From Podarcis melisellensis (taxonomy: Eukaryota), in assembly GCA_964234715.1 (NCBI GenBank), contig OZ174279.1: 64,000 nt of DNA. One strand, 5' to 3'. Below, piece by piece: positions 1-11,600 of this stretch. The translations under genes and the position numbers were made by a program. How positions within the stretch are numbered: the stretch's first letter is position 1; each line of letters starts with the position of its first letter. Below the pieces are notes generated by a model, which did not search any database, was not told where the DNA came from, and was given only the letters and a program-made list of their open reading frames with translations.

Positions 1-400
1 AAATGCTAAAGCTTTTGCAACACTTCTCAAAATGTTTTATGTAAAGCAGTATAATTTATTTTTTGTAAATATTGTATATGGAGTATGAAACTGGTAAGAG
101 CTATGTTACCAAATCTAGCAGCAGCTGTAAAAATCGCTTTTAGTAATAGTCCATAGCTGGGACATAATAAGTTCTGTGGTTTGGCATTTTTATTTTATTG
201 AAATATGTGTCTTTTGACATTTGATATTATTATTGTCCAAGAGATGTATATTTTATTTTAAACTGAAATGTCTTGAATAGCAATATAACTAAGCATACCA
301 GCCAATATAAAAGCACGTGTTTGGAATTTTATATTTTTTTCTGTTTTATGCAGATTTAAAATGTTTGATGAAACAATATTAAAGTGACTGCAGTTAATCT
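1..400 (+). other. Probable 3' UTR end of the upstream gene (SLC25A16 by synteny)
   Basis: AU-rich sequence with ATTAAA at 378-383 and a U-rich stretch downstream. No CDS is visible; identity is inferred only from the SLC25A16-DNA2-RUFY2-HNRNPH3-PBLD order in amniotes. Confidence 0.35.
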
Positions 401-1064
401 CTGGCCTTATTTGTGATTTTTAAAAAAGAAAACTTACAAAGGTGTATCTTCTAAACATCTTAAAATTTTTTTAAAGTATGATCATTAAGAAGACAATCAA
501 GGCTTTTATACAAAAACCCCCCATTTGCATCAAAGTTCATGTGCCACAAATTACCCAGTAGAACTTATTTCTAAGTAACTGCTCAGAATGGCAGCAACAT
601 AGTTGACAATATTGCTTGCTTTTCTTGGGCTGACTGTGGAGCTTTCTTTGATTCTGGTAATCCGCTTTTCTCTTGAATGTTTGGCCCATTTCCAGCGGCT
701 TAGTAAAGTTACTATTGGAGAATAGTGTGTAGATCCTGTATTCACTAAATTTATAATCAAACACCTTTTTAAAAGACTGCCTATATAACAATGAAATGTA
801 ATGGATTTCATGTGACAATCGTGCTTTTGAAAGATACTTTAAGAAACGTTAAAAAGTTTTTTCATATTCTTTCTTCCTAATTTAACAATGGACAGACTGT
901 ATTCAGACATGCTAAACCTTGGTTTTAGCATTATAAGAATGAGCCTGGCCTCCACGCTGGGCTCAAATGCGTTCCAAATGGCTGCAAGGAGGAGATAAGA
1001 ACACCCCCCCTCCATTATGCATAATATCATAAGCCATTGCACACAAAACACCCTGCTGTTCAAT

Positions 1065-1214
1065 GCAGGGATAGCTTAGCTGTTAGAGCATGAGACTCTT
1101 AATCTCAGGGTTGTGGGTTTGAGCCCCACATTGGGTCAAAGATTTCTGCATTTGGAGGGGGGTGGGATTAAATGGCCCTTGTGGTCCCTTCCAACTCTGG
1201 TTGTATGACTATGA
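1065..1214 (+). mobile_element. tRNA-Lys(CTT)-derived SINE with a CR1-type 3' tail
   Basis: 1065-1136 closely follows vertebrate tRNA-Lys-CTT (TAGAGCATGAGACTCTTAATCTCAGGG; anticodon CTT 1098-1100) with a broken acceptor stem. It is followed by GGTCCCTTCCAACTC...TATGA, the CR1 LINE 3' end. Confidence 0.85.
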
Positions 1215-2010
1215 AAATAAAATCCTACTAACAATATTGGTGGCATGTGTATCCCACACCTGTATATATGTCCTGCAAATTTCTATTGCAAAAAAGTTTT
1301 CATTGAATTGGGGATTTTTTTTCCAAATCTGTAGGCACAGTGGTGATTCAGATTGCGTCTGCCATGACAGTGCGGTGCACCTATCAGGCTAAACATAAAT
1401 CAGTACTTTTGCTTTGCCATCTGTGTCCATGCGCAAAGGGATTTTTTTTTAGTGAGCTCAGCCATTCTGCAGCCCATTGGCACCTGGGCAACCTACTGAG
1501 GGGGCCGCATGCCAGTTGTGGACAGGACCAGAGGAAAAACAGAATGAACATTTTATTGTTCTGTTGTAGGATAGTTTCTGCACCCATCCCTCTCCATCCT
1601 TCAGACATTGGAGCTAAAAACATTCAGGGAGGGTATGAAGCAGGCCTGATGAGGTATGTGGCCTGGGGAGAGCAGGGGTCAGAGAAGCCTGGAAGGCTGC
1701 ATTTAGCCCTCGGACCTGAGGTTCCCCACCTTTGTCTGAGATGTCCCTCATTCTGGAATAAAAATGGCATCTGCTGCCTAACGCCAAGTCATACTTCTGA
1801 TCCTCCTAGCTCACTATCGTCAGCCCTGCCTGGCAGGAGTACTCCAAGGCTTCAAGCAGAAATCTTTCCCAGCCCTACGTGGAGACAATAGGGGTCTTTT
1901 TCACCACCCCTTCCCTAAATACTTCTGGAGGCAATTTTATATAAAAGTAGCCTAATCAACGTCAGGCCAGTAGGTGTGCCTCTCAATCCATGGTGAATTA
2001 CAGTGCAGGC

Positions 2011-2086
2011 GTAGAATCGCAAAACTGTAGACCTGGAAGGGCCCCCGAGGGTCATCCAGTCCAACCCTCTGCAAAGCAGGAATCCC
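2011..2086 (-). mobile_element. CR1-type 3' tail fragment (SINE or LINE)
   Basis: Reverse complement reads GGATTCCTGCTTTGCAGAGGGTTGGACTGGATGACCCTCGGGGGCCCTTCCAGGTCTACAG, the same tail as 1140-1214. Confidence 0.7.
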
Positions 2087-2269
2087 AACAAAAGCAGATG
2101 GCTTTAAAAACCTCCAAGGAAGATGAAGGGCTGTGCAAGAGCCAGCACGAAAAAAAGCGTGGCAGGATTTCACTGCAGACGAAATGGAGAGCAAGCAAAC
2201 GACCACTGCTCTTTGTTTTGAAGAAAGCAATTCCTTCCCACCCACCCAGCTCGTACTCCAAGACGCTCT

Positions 2270-2354
2270 CAATAACAATAATAACAATAATAATTTTTAT
2301 TTATATCCCTCCCTCCCCAGCCGAAGCCGGGCTCAGGGCGGCTAACAACAATAA
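2270..2354 (-). mobile_element. LINE 3' tail (stem-loop plus AT-rich microsatellite, probably L2-type)
   Basis: Reverse complement reads TTAGCCGCCCTGAGCCCGGCTTCGGCTGGGGAGGGAGGGATATAAATAAAAATTATTATT. A closely similar copy lies at about 63345-63424 (+); related tails at about 3060-3106, 17050-17132 and 23275-23330. Confidence 0.55.
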
Positions 2355-2404
2355 AGCACGAGGAAGAATGTCTTCAGATTAAAAGAAACGAGTTTCAACC
2401 GTTC

Positions 2405-2615
2405 TTGCAGCGCGGAAAAGAAGAGAGAGACCAGGCGCTCCCGCGCAAACAGGAAGAGCCTCAACTCCACCCCCGGCGCCTCATAGGGGAGCGCGCTTGT
2501 TACGCCTGCGCCCTCGCGGGCTGGGCGGGGAGGGGGCTTATTAGCTCCTGTCCCGGCTTCTGGTTTTTTTCCTTTTTTCTTTCCCCTTCCCGCTTATGCT
2601 TCTGGCGCCTTGGAA
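2405..2615 (+). promoter_or_regulatory. DNA2 CpG-rich promoter and 5' UTR with E2F-like sites and a GC box
   Basis: CpG-dense; GCGCGGAAAA at 2410-2419 and CCCGCGCAAA at 2440-2449 (E2F-like), GGGCGGGG at 2523-2530. Lies directly upstream of the ATG at 2616. Confidence 0.65.
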
Positions 2616-5600
2616 ATGGCGGCGAGGAGGCAGGAGAAGAAGGAAGAGGCGGCTGAAGTGACTCTGGAAGAACTGATGGAGAGGAGTTTCTTCGAGGNNN
2701 NNNNNNNNNNNNNNNNNNNNNNNNNNNNNNNNNNNNNNNNNNNNNNNNNNNNNNNNNNNNNNNNNNNNNNNNNNNNNNNNNNNNNNNNNNNNNNNNNNNN
2801 NNNNNNNNNNNNNNNNNNNNNNNNNNNNNNNNNNNNNNNNNNNNNNNNNNNNNNNNNNNNNNNNNNNNNNNNNNNNNNNNNNNNNNNNNNNNNNNNNTTC
2901 CCATTATCTTCACTTTCGGGAAACAATTGAAGACATTTTTGTTCTTTCAGGCTTTTCCAGCTAGATAAATGGATCTTTTATCACAAATGTCTGTTAAGTT
3001 TTAGTTTCATTTTAAATGTATTTGTTGCTTTTGTGTTTTTTACTGTTGTTAATCATTTTATGTGTAAATCGCCTTGAGACAGTAGTTTTGAAGGCGATTA
3101 ATAAATTAATTCTAACAGGAATAATAATTGGGCCTACTAACCCTTTGAATTTGGCCTGTGAGGCCATTTGGGGCAGACCATTCCCCCCTGACTTAATATG
3201 ATATCAGGCATTGATACTTGTTATATCCAGTTTTTATTTTGAAGATAAGGGATCTCTGATCTAAAGGCAGAGCTGCCTGCTCTTTGACCGTAAAGGATGT
3301 GTGCCTGTTTTACTCCAGGGTACATCACGGTAAAAAAATCATCCTAGCATTAGCAGTGGTCTTTTAAGTACACATATACGGAAATCCAGTGGTGCCTCGC
3401 AAGACGAAATTAATTCGTTCCGCAAGTCTCTTCGTCTTGCGAGTTTTTCGTCTTGCGATGCACGGTTTTCCATAGGAATGCATTGAAAATCAATTAATGC
3501 GTTCCTATGGAAACCGCCTTCCCCCGACCTCTTCTGGCGGGCAGCATTTTAAAATCGCCCGGGACAGCGGAGGACTTCTCCGCTGTCCGGGGCGATTTAA
3601 AAGCCCCTGGGAAGGCAGGCAGGGGGGACAAAGGCTTTCCCGCCCCGCCGCCGGGCTTCGGGACATCGTTCCGATGCCGGGCGGCGGGGGGAGGCTTTCC
3701 CGCCTGGCCGCCCGGCTTCGGGACATCGTTCCGATGCCGGGAGGCGGGGGGAGGCGTTCCTGCCCCACCGCCCGGCATCGGGACGATGCCCCGAAGCCGG
3801 GCGGCGGGGGGAGGCGTTCCTGCCCCACCGCCCGGCATCGGAATGATGCCCCGAACCCGGGCGGCTGGGGGAGGCGTTCCTGCCCCACCGCCCGGCATCA
3901 GGACGATGCCCCGAAGCCGGGCGGCGGGGGGAGGCTTTCCCGCCCGGCCGCCCGGCTTCGGGACATCGTTCCGATGCCGGGCGGCGGGGGGAGGCTTCAA
4001 AAGCCTTCCGGGGGCTTTTAAATCGCCCCGGACAGTCCCGGGGCGATTTAAAAGCCCCCGGTTAGGCAGGCTTCAAAAGCCGTCCGGGATAGCGGGAAGC
4101 GCTTCCCTGCTATCCCGGACCGCTTTTAAAATGCTGGCGGTGGGGAGCAAAGCCTTTCGCCCCCGCCGGCCTTCCTGGACCTCTTCTGAAGTCCGGAGGG
4201 GGGGAAAAGGCTTTGCTCCCCACCGCCAGCATTTAAAAAAAGGTCCCCGAGATTTCCCTATGGGCTTTCGTCTTGCGATGCAAGCCCATAGGGAAAATCG
4301 TCTAGCGAAGCGTCGCAAAAACCGAAAAACCCTTTCGTCTTGCGGGTTTTTCGTCTTGCGAGGCATTCGTCTTGCGGGGCACCACTGTCTTTTATCCAAA
4401 GAGCTATCTAATGTTGTTTCGTTGCTTTTAATTAATTGCCAGTTGTTCTGTTGGAACAATTCTAAGATCAGCCAAGGGGTTGCAAGGGGTTGTTGGAAGC
4501 AGTATAAGCAGTGCTGTTCCACTTTCAGAGAGGGAGGCCCACTGGTGGGATGCCATTCACTTCCCAGGAGGGCTCCTTTTATACCCACAGAAAGCTTTGT
4601 AGTGGGGGAAAGACAAGTGTATATTGGGGAGTTGTACACACACAACATCCTACACCCTCTTTCTCTTGACATGTCTCTGCCCTTAAGGGTACAGAGCTCC
4701 CTCCTGTTGGAGTGAATAGGAGAGACATTTTAAAACGAAGTACCAAACGGAAAAAATAGACAAAAAGCCACCAGAGCTGGTTCCTTCAGCTCGTGTGACT
4801 GGCTAACTAGCAATGCTTCCATCATGGTGGTTTCTTCCCTATGGAATTTCCTTCCCCAACCCCAATCACCATAGAATTGATCCCTAAAAGGACCACTACT
4901 GAATTGTTCAGAGATTATCTACTCTGCTTCCCTACCTGTCTGTGTCCATTTTCACTGCCTTTCTGTAGAAGGCCTTTGTAATCGCGAGAGTGTAGGTTGC
5001 AGTAAGTCCCTGAAAAATCGTTATAGTTTTTCTTGAATGCACGATCACTTTCCTTTCCTTGGTCTATAGGTCAGTGCAAAAATCACAGATAATTTTAAAA
5101 TGTGTGCTTATCAACATTGTAATCTGTCACATATTTTTCAGGATTTCTGTTCCAGTGCAGCCTGGAGATATCATTCATCTAGAAGGAGAGTACAACGCGG
5201 GTGTTTGGATAATAGATGCAGATGGAGGATATTTGATTCTGTATCCAGATGTATTAGTCTCTGGCACTACTGTATCAAATAGCATTCGGTGTATGAGGAA
5301 AGCTATACTGAGTGAAAAGTTCAAAGTAAGTTGGGGAAAACATTGTCTATTAAAATTGTTTGTTTCATGGGCATTGATAACATCTATATTAAGGGCATTG
5401 TCAACTTGTTTTAAATAAAGCACCTAGTATTATAAGTACTTCATACATAAGAACTTATAAGTAAAATTATACCAGTAAAGAGTTTCAGAATGCTCTGGTT
5501 CACTATACTATGTTCCCTATTTACTATAGTGATAATCCAGTAGTCTCCAGAGTGCCTTTGGGGTAATTGATGAAGACAAAAATAGCAAATAGGTGAACAG

Positions 5601-8600
5601 AGTCAGTATTTTCTGGAGTTGGGGAAAGACAATAATTTTAATGTGGATTTGTCTAGTGATAACATATGGTTATATATGTGTTAAAATGCATGTTTTTATA
5701 TGGTAAACTTTGCATATCATCCCAAACTTAAGTGATTGGGTGGAAAACAAACCTCAAATTCCCAGAGTACGATCTGAAGACACATAAGGCCACCATCTTG
5801 TTGAAGCTAAACAGGTCTGGGTCTGCTCAGTGTTTGGCTGAGTGACTGTGTGGGAACTACATATTGGTACCGTGATGGAATAAAAGTGGGCCTTTATTTT
5901 CATGACGCGAGAAAGGTGGGGTATAAATGTAATAAAAGAAAAACAGAGTAAATAATGATTGGTGGACTTACATTGATAGCTTTTATTCAAGTAGGAAACA
6001 TGGCTCCTTATTAACCTCCTAACTTGATAGTTAGTTTAACTATGAAATTGTCCTGTTGGTTCTTTCTTCTTTCTTTGATATTTCTTTTTTAAACTTAAAA
6101 TTCCTTGCTTACAGTGTTTACTCAAAAAGTAGTCCTACTGTATTTAATGGGACTTACAGTATAGTAAGAGTGCAGAGGATTGCGCCCTTAGGATGGGACA
6201 ATGCCGCTAAAAATGCAGTATTGTACAGATCAATTAAAGTGTAGTGCACGTACTTCTCTGCTAATATTTTGGGGTGGTTTCATTTTTTTCCCAGGGATGT
6301 GAGCCTGGTTTGCGTCCAATGCTAATAGGTACAATCCTTCATGAAATTTTCCAAAAAGCAGGAACAAATTTTACACAAGAGAAATTGCAAGAAATTGCCT
6401 TCTCAGTAATTCATGGACCAAAGTATCTAAAAGAGCTGTAAGTATTAGTTGTAAGAGATGAAGCGAGTGGTATACCTTTCTCTTAAGAACTTCTTCTTTT
6501 TCTTAGCTTTAATGCTTAGCAAAGGTCAGTTTGCACAGGGGTAGTGGGAATTGCTGATATTGTTACCTTTTTGTCCATGTGATTGCTTGTGTGGACAAAA
6601 ATGCACTGCCATAATTGTTTCAGAGCATGCAAATAGAGTAACCTTTTTGAAGCAAAATAATTCACTTGTCATTTTTATACTTGTATGTGCTACATTTTGG
6701 AAGAATAGTTCCCTGTAGTTACACTGCTAAAACTTGGGAATGTTACAAATGCCTAAACATGTGGATATTTTTCTCTGAGGGACCACAAATAAAAAATAGA
6801 TAATTGTAATGTAGAGATCTTTTCCGTTTCCTCCCTTTTTCTCTTCTGCTATCTGCCATGCAGCTTTTAATATGCTTTCCTCCTTTCGCTTCCGCAGGTA
6901 CCAATTAAATCTGAAAGAGAATGATATAATGCAAGAGATAGAAGAGTACTTTCACTCTTTCATTAAATGGGCAGAAGAGTTCATATACAAAGAAAACCAT
7001 GTTTGCCAGCATAACATGCAGATAAAATGGTAAGGAACTATTCACACCAACACACTGTTGTAAAGTTGTTCTGCCAGTGCTGTGGGTGAACTGTCAGCTG
7101 TGTAAGAATTGCAGAATCTCTGGACTGCAAAGGACCAGAAATAAATAAAAAAATAATGTTGTACAACTTCTTTAACGATTGAGCTGGGTTGTTAACCTCC
7201 TTTCCTGGCACAGATTCTAGGTCACTTATAAACAACATGTTGGGGGGGGGATAGTGGGTTAGATCCAGACTTACCCTTTTGCAAGCAAAAGTGCTCCTTC
7301 TGTTCATGGGATATTTCCAGTGGAGACCCCCACCAGGTGGAGAGGAGATTTTTGATAATTTCTCCTTCCCTCTATGAATCCCGCCCAGGAGCACTGCTTA
7401 GGAAAAAAGGGGTGCTGAAGTGTACTGTGGTAACGTGCACTGTGGTAACGCTGTTTTGGCTTCTGTTAGTTAAAGTATAATTAAAAACACAAACTTTCTT
7501 ACGGCTATGTTTAGTATTTCAAGTTTTTCTCCTTGGGCTTGTTTGCTATAGCTATTGCAAAGTAGCTGCCAACCAGGTTAGAGCATTTGAATGCACAAAT
7601 TTCTCTCTTTCATACAAGCCATGGCTAGCTGCTATTGCATTTCAACTCAAATTCACCCGACTTTGTATTTTCAAGGCTTCATCATTCATATCTTTTGCTG
7701 CACGTTCTGTGGTTGCTCGAATCCTTTGTTTGTTGACAACTCAAATCCAGCTAAGCATTTCAGCCCACTTGTTCTGTTACTTGAGAATGAAATCATTTTT
7801 CTCATCTGTAAGAACAAAATAATAGTAAGAGGAAGAACTGCCTTTTGATTTGTTTGGAAGCAGTTGCATAAGAATGTAATATGTTCTGACCTGTTAAAGG
7901 AATATGGATTTTGTCCCTTCAAATACGTATTTAAGGAAAGCTATCTCTTCGTTTTTGGAAGTAAACCTTTCCAGTTAATACACTTAATGTTTTTTTCTGA
8001 TAGGCCAGGGGATGAAAAAGATGACTCCTGGTGCACTGTCAAAGTTACAGAAATCCTGGATGTAGAGGAGAACATTTGGTGCCCCAGGTTTGGCTTAAAG
8101 GGTAAAATTGATGTTACAGCTGGCGTAACAATTCACCGCAGATCTACAACTCAGTCCAAGATAATGCCTCTGGAGCTTAAAAGTGGCAAGGAATCTAACT
8201 CTATAGAACACAGAAGTCAGGTACAAATAGGAATTATAGTAATTAATTTTAAAGGATACATGAAAGGTGCTGACTAAATATTAAGTTTTTAAAAATGTTT
8301 TAAAATGTTCTTAATTGTTTTTAAGCATCATTTGTGGTGGGTTCAGAAGGTTCCAGAAGCTGATGCTGTGAAGCAGTTGCTCCTTCCTATAGGATTTGCT
8401 CTGCAGGGTTCATTGGAGTTCAGTTGGGTCTCCCATGATCCTTAACATCAACATGAAACCTTTGGCTGAAGTTGTCACCCATGTGCTGATGATACTGAAC
8501 TCTTTTTTTATCATCAGAACCAGGTGTTCTGGTGGTGATTTCCCTCAGTTAGTGTCTGAGATGGACTGAATGATTGTGAATAAACTTAAGCCCAGTATAA

Positions 8601-11600
8601 ATAGTACAGAGTTGATGCTAGTAGGAGTTCAGTAGACTAACTAAAATTGTACGTTAAAGGGAAATTATGTAGCTGGAGGAAGGTGGTATTTGGATTCCTA
8701 GACAGGGTCTGTGCCCTAGGTTGTTGTTTATCAGATTTTTTTGTTTGGTTTCCTGTGGCCGCTGATGAAAAAGGAAATGAAACTGCTGTCATTCATGTCT
8801 TTGACAATCCAGATTGGGAGATTGGGTTACTGTAGTGTATTGTCTGTGGGGCTGTTGTTGAAGATACTGATAGGCAGAAACAAACTATTTATTTTGAAGC
8901 ATCTGCATTTGTTTCTGGGTCCATTTCAAGGTTCTGGTTTTGTCTTTCAAAGTTTGTGTTCTGGTTAGTAGCACCTACTGTTTGATCTTCCTTAAGTTCA
9001 GTTGATGGGGTCTTCTAGAGGCTCTATCTTTCTTGGATGCAGGGATTTATTTAATTTTTGGTGGTGTCCAAAGATCCGCATTTCTTTCTGTCTGTCGCTA
9101 AAAGTAGAAAATGAGAAGCCAGCAGAGTAGGAAAAATAGCAAAATCGTAAGTCTGGTTGATAGGCCTGGCTGTTGTGCTGCACTAAATAATCAGGGCGGC
9201 TTCTGTGAATATATTCATTGCGATAACGCTTGACTGATTAAGTCCCTTGCATGATGCAGTATGCCATCCTCAGGGATTGCTAGTGGGACTATAGTTTCCT
9301 CAGCTCTGATGCCCATATTACTGGTCTTGAGGCAGCCCTTGCGTGCTTATTTGCTAGTGATACATAATTTGTATGCTCACTGGTAGGGGACATATTGTGT
9401 GTGATTACTGCAGCAAGAAACTGCAAAGTGGTGCAACTTGGTTGATACCTACATTTAACATTCCATTTTAATAGTTTTGGATTCCCGCCCCCCCAGGTGG
9501 TTTTGTACTCCCTGTTGTGCCAAGGAAGACGAGCTGATCCTGAAGCTGGATTCCTCCTTTACCTTAAAACTGGGAATATGTTTCCTGTACCTGGAAATCG
9601 TATGGATAGGAGAGGTAATTTTCTGCTTGGAAAAATCCTTGGACAGTGTTGTGTTTACAATATTTCCATCTCGTTTTTTCAACAATGCAATCTTAAAGGG
9701 GGCTGGATTTTTTTTAAAATAAAAAAATGCAATTTAATAAGGAAAATCAGATAAAGCAGAATTAAATGGTTTAAGAGCTCCCACCCACACACTTGCTGTC
9801 TTTTACAAAAAGCTTATGTAAAAACCTGATTTAACTTGGCACAGAAAAAGAGCACGTGCCAGATGAATTTTTCTGGGGAGATCGTTCCAGAGTGTGGGCC
9901 CTGCTACCAAAAAAGCTCTGCCTGTGGTTGGCAAGGGGACTCAGAGCAGAGCACCCAATGACAACATCGGCAAATAGAAAGTTTTTATGGTAGAAGGAAA
10001 GCCTTCAGCTGCCATGGTTCTAGCTCATCTAGGACTTACCGTATTTTTCGCCGTATAGGACGCACTTTTTCCCCTCCAAAAATGAAGGGGAAATGTGTGT
10101 GTGTCCTATGGGGTGAATGCAGAGCGCCATCCCGCTGTCCACCGACCTGGTTTGTAGGCTGGCAGCGGGGAGAAGCCCGCTTCTCCCCACCGCCAGCCCC
10201 GCAAGCTCGGGGGACAGCTGGGAGGCGCAGCGCACCCAGGCTTAGCTTCACGCAGCTCTCCGCAAGACGTGGGAGCCCGGCGCAGAGAGTTGCCTGCATG
10301 CCGAAGCCTGGGCTTGCGGAGAGCTGTCTGTTCTGGGGGCTGGGGTCGGGGGAAGCTTGGGCTTCCCCCGCCCCAGCCCTTCCCCCCGGGGGGGAAAAAT
10401 AAAATTTCCCCCTTTATTCCCCCCCCCAAAAAAAATTAGGTGCGTCCTATGGGCCGGTGCGTCCTATAGGGCGAAAAATACGGTAGTCAATTTCAGCACT
10501 TTGATTTGTGCCAGTGAAGATCTTGTAAGTGCTGAAGTATTTGTTCAGTATGGGAAGGTCCCATTATCAACCTAGTGAGGTTTTATATTCTTAACCAGCT
10601 GAAGTTTCCAAAACCTTTTCAGCAGGGAGTCCATGTAGAGCCCATTTCAGCAATTCAAGCTGGGGATTACATGGGCATGGAAAACTGTGTCAAGTTCATC
10701 TCTTCCCAAGGAAAGACAAAACTAGTGCACCAGTTAAGTAAAGGTCTCAAATTTCATCAAATACTCAAGACAGCCTCTGGGTAGCATGGGCTCCTTTCAA
10801 AGGAAGTGTGGGATATAAATACAAAAAACAAAGAAATGAAATAATGAGTTCTAGGCTTTCTCCTAGTCTTGGAACTGCTGTGGAGGGGAATGATCCCTAC
10901 TCACCCCCAGCCCTAAAGTTGAGAGGAAACTTAGGATTTGTGCAAAGCAAGCCTCTGTCGCTTCACTAGCACCGTGCCATCCAGCTTCAGATTGGAGGGA
11001 GAGGCAGAGATGTGTCATCTTGTCTCTGTGTTTCCTGGGCACTCCGAGTGGCCAGTGAGTGCAGAACCAAAGTAGTTTTCCTTGTGCCTTTTTCCTAAAT
11101 ATTTGAAACTTGGGGGGTGGGGGAACCTGGACATCATTTTTGTTTCTCCCTCTGCAGAACTGATCAAACTAAGAAATGAGTTGGCCTTCTATTTGCTTCA
11201 CACCGTATGCAAATCTGACACTGGGAAGGAGCGGACACAGCTTGCATCTTTGCCTCCTCTGATTAATGACAGTAAGGCGTGCAGCTATTGCTCTCAGAAG
11301 CAGAACTGTGCACTTTATAGCAGGTAAATTCATTTTTAAAAGCCTGCAAGCTCTTTGCAACTGACCTCCGTTTAAAATGGCTGATGCTGTGGTTTCATTA
11401 AGGCTCCGTTTTCTACATCACAGTTTTGGACAAGGCGCTGTGGGTTAAACCACAGAGCCTAGGACTTGCCGATCAGAAGGTCGGCGGTTCGAATCCCCGC
11501 AATAGGGTGAGCTCCTGTTGCTTGGTCCCTGCTCCTGCCAACCTAGCAGTTCGACAGCACCTTAAAGTGCACTCTGGCAGGAAGGTAAACGGTGTTTCCG

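Noticed and set aside
1065-1136. Functional tRNA-Lys(CTT) gene
   Set aside because: Acceptor stem and T-loop (GGTTTGAG) are mutated, and it runs into a CR1 tail, so it is a SINE.
2500-2930. ORFs containing X runs (also 52779-53140)
   Set aside because: Artefacts of translating N-gaps, apart from the true DNA2 N-terminus from 2616.
3633-3997. CRISPR-like periodic palindromic array
   Set aside because: No unique spacers and no cas genes; it is a tandem repeat in a vertebrate intron.
3494-4715. Long Pro/Gly/Arg-rich ORFs (402, 199, 174 and 168 aa) on both strands
   Set aside because: They arise from a GC-rich 60-bp repeat inside a MITE, which is stop-poor in several frames; no transposase or other domain.
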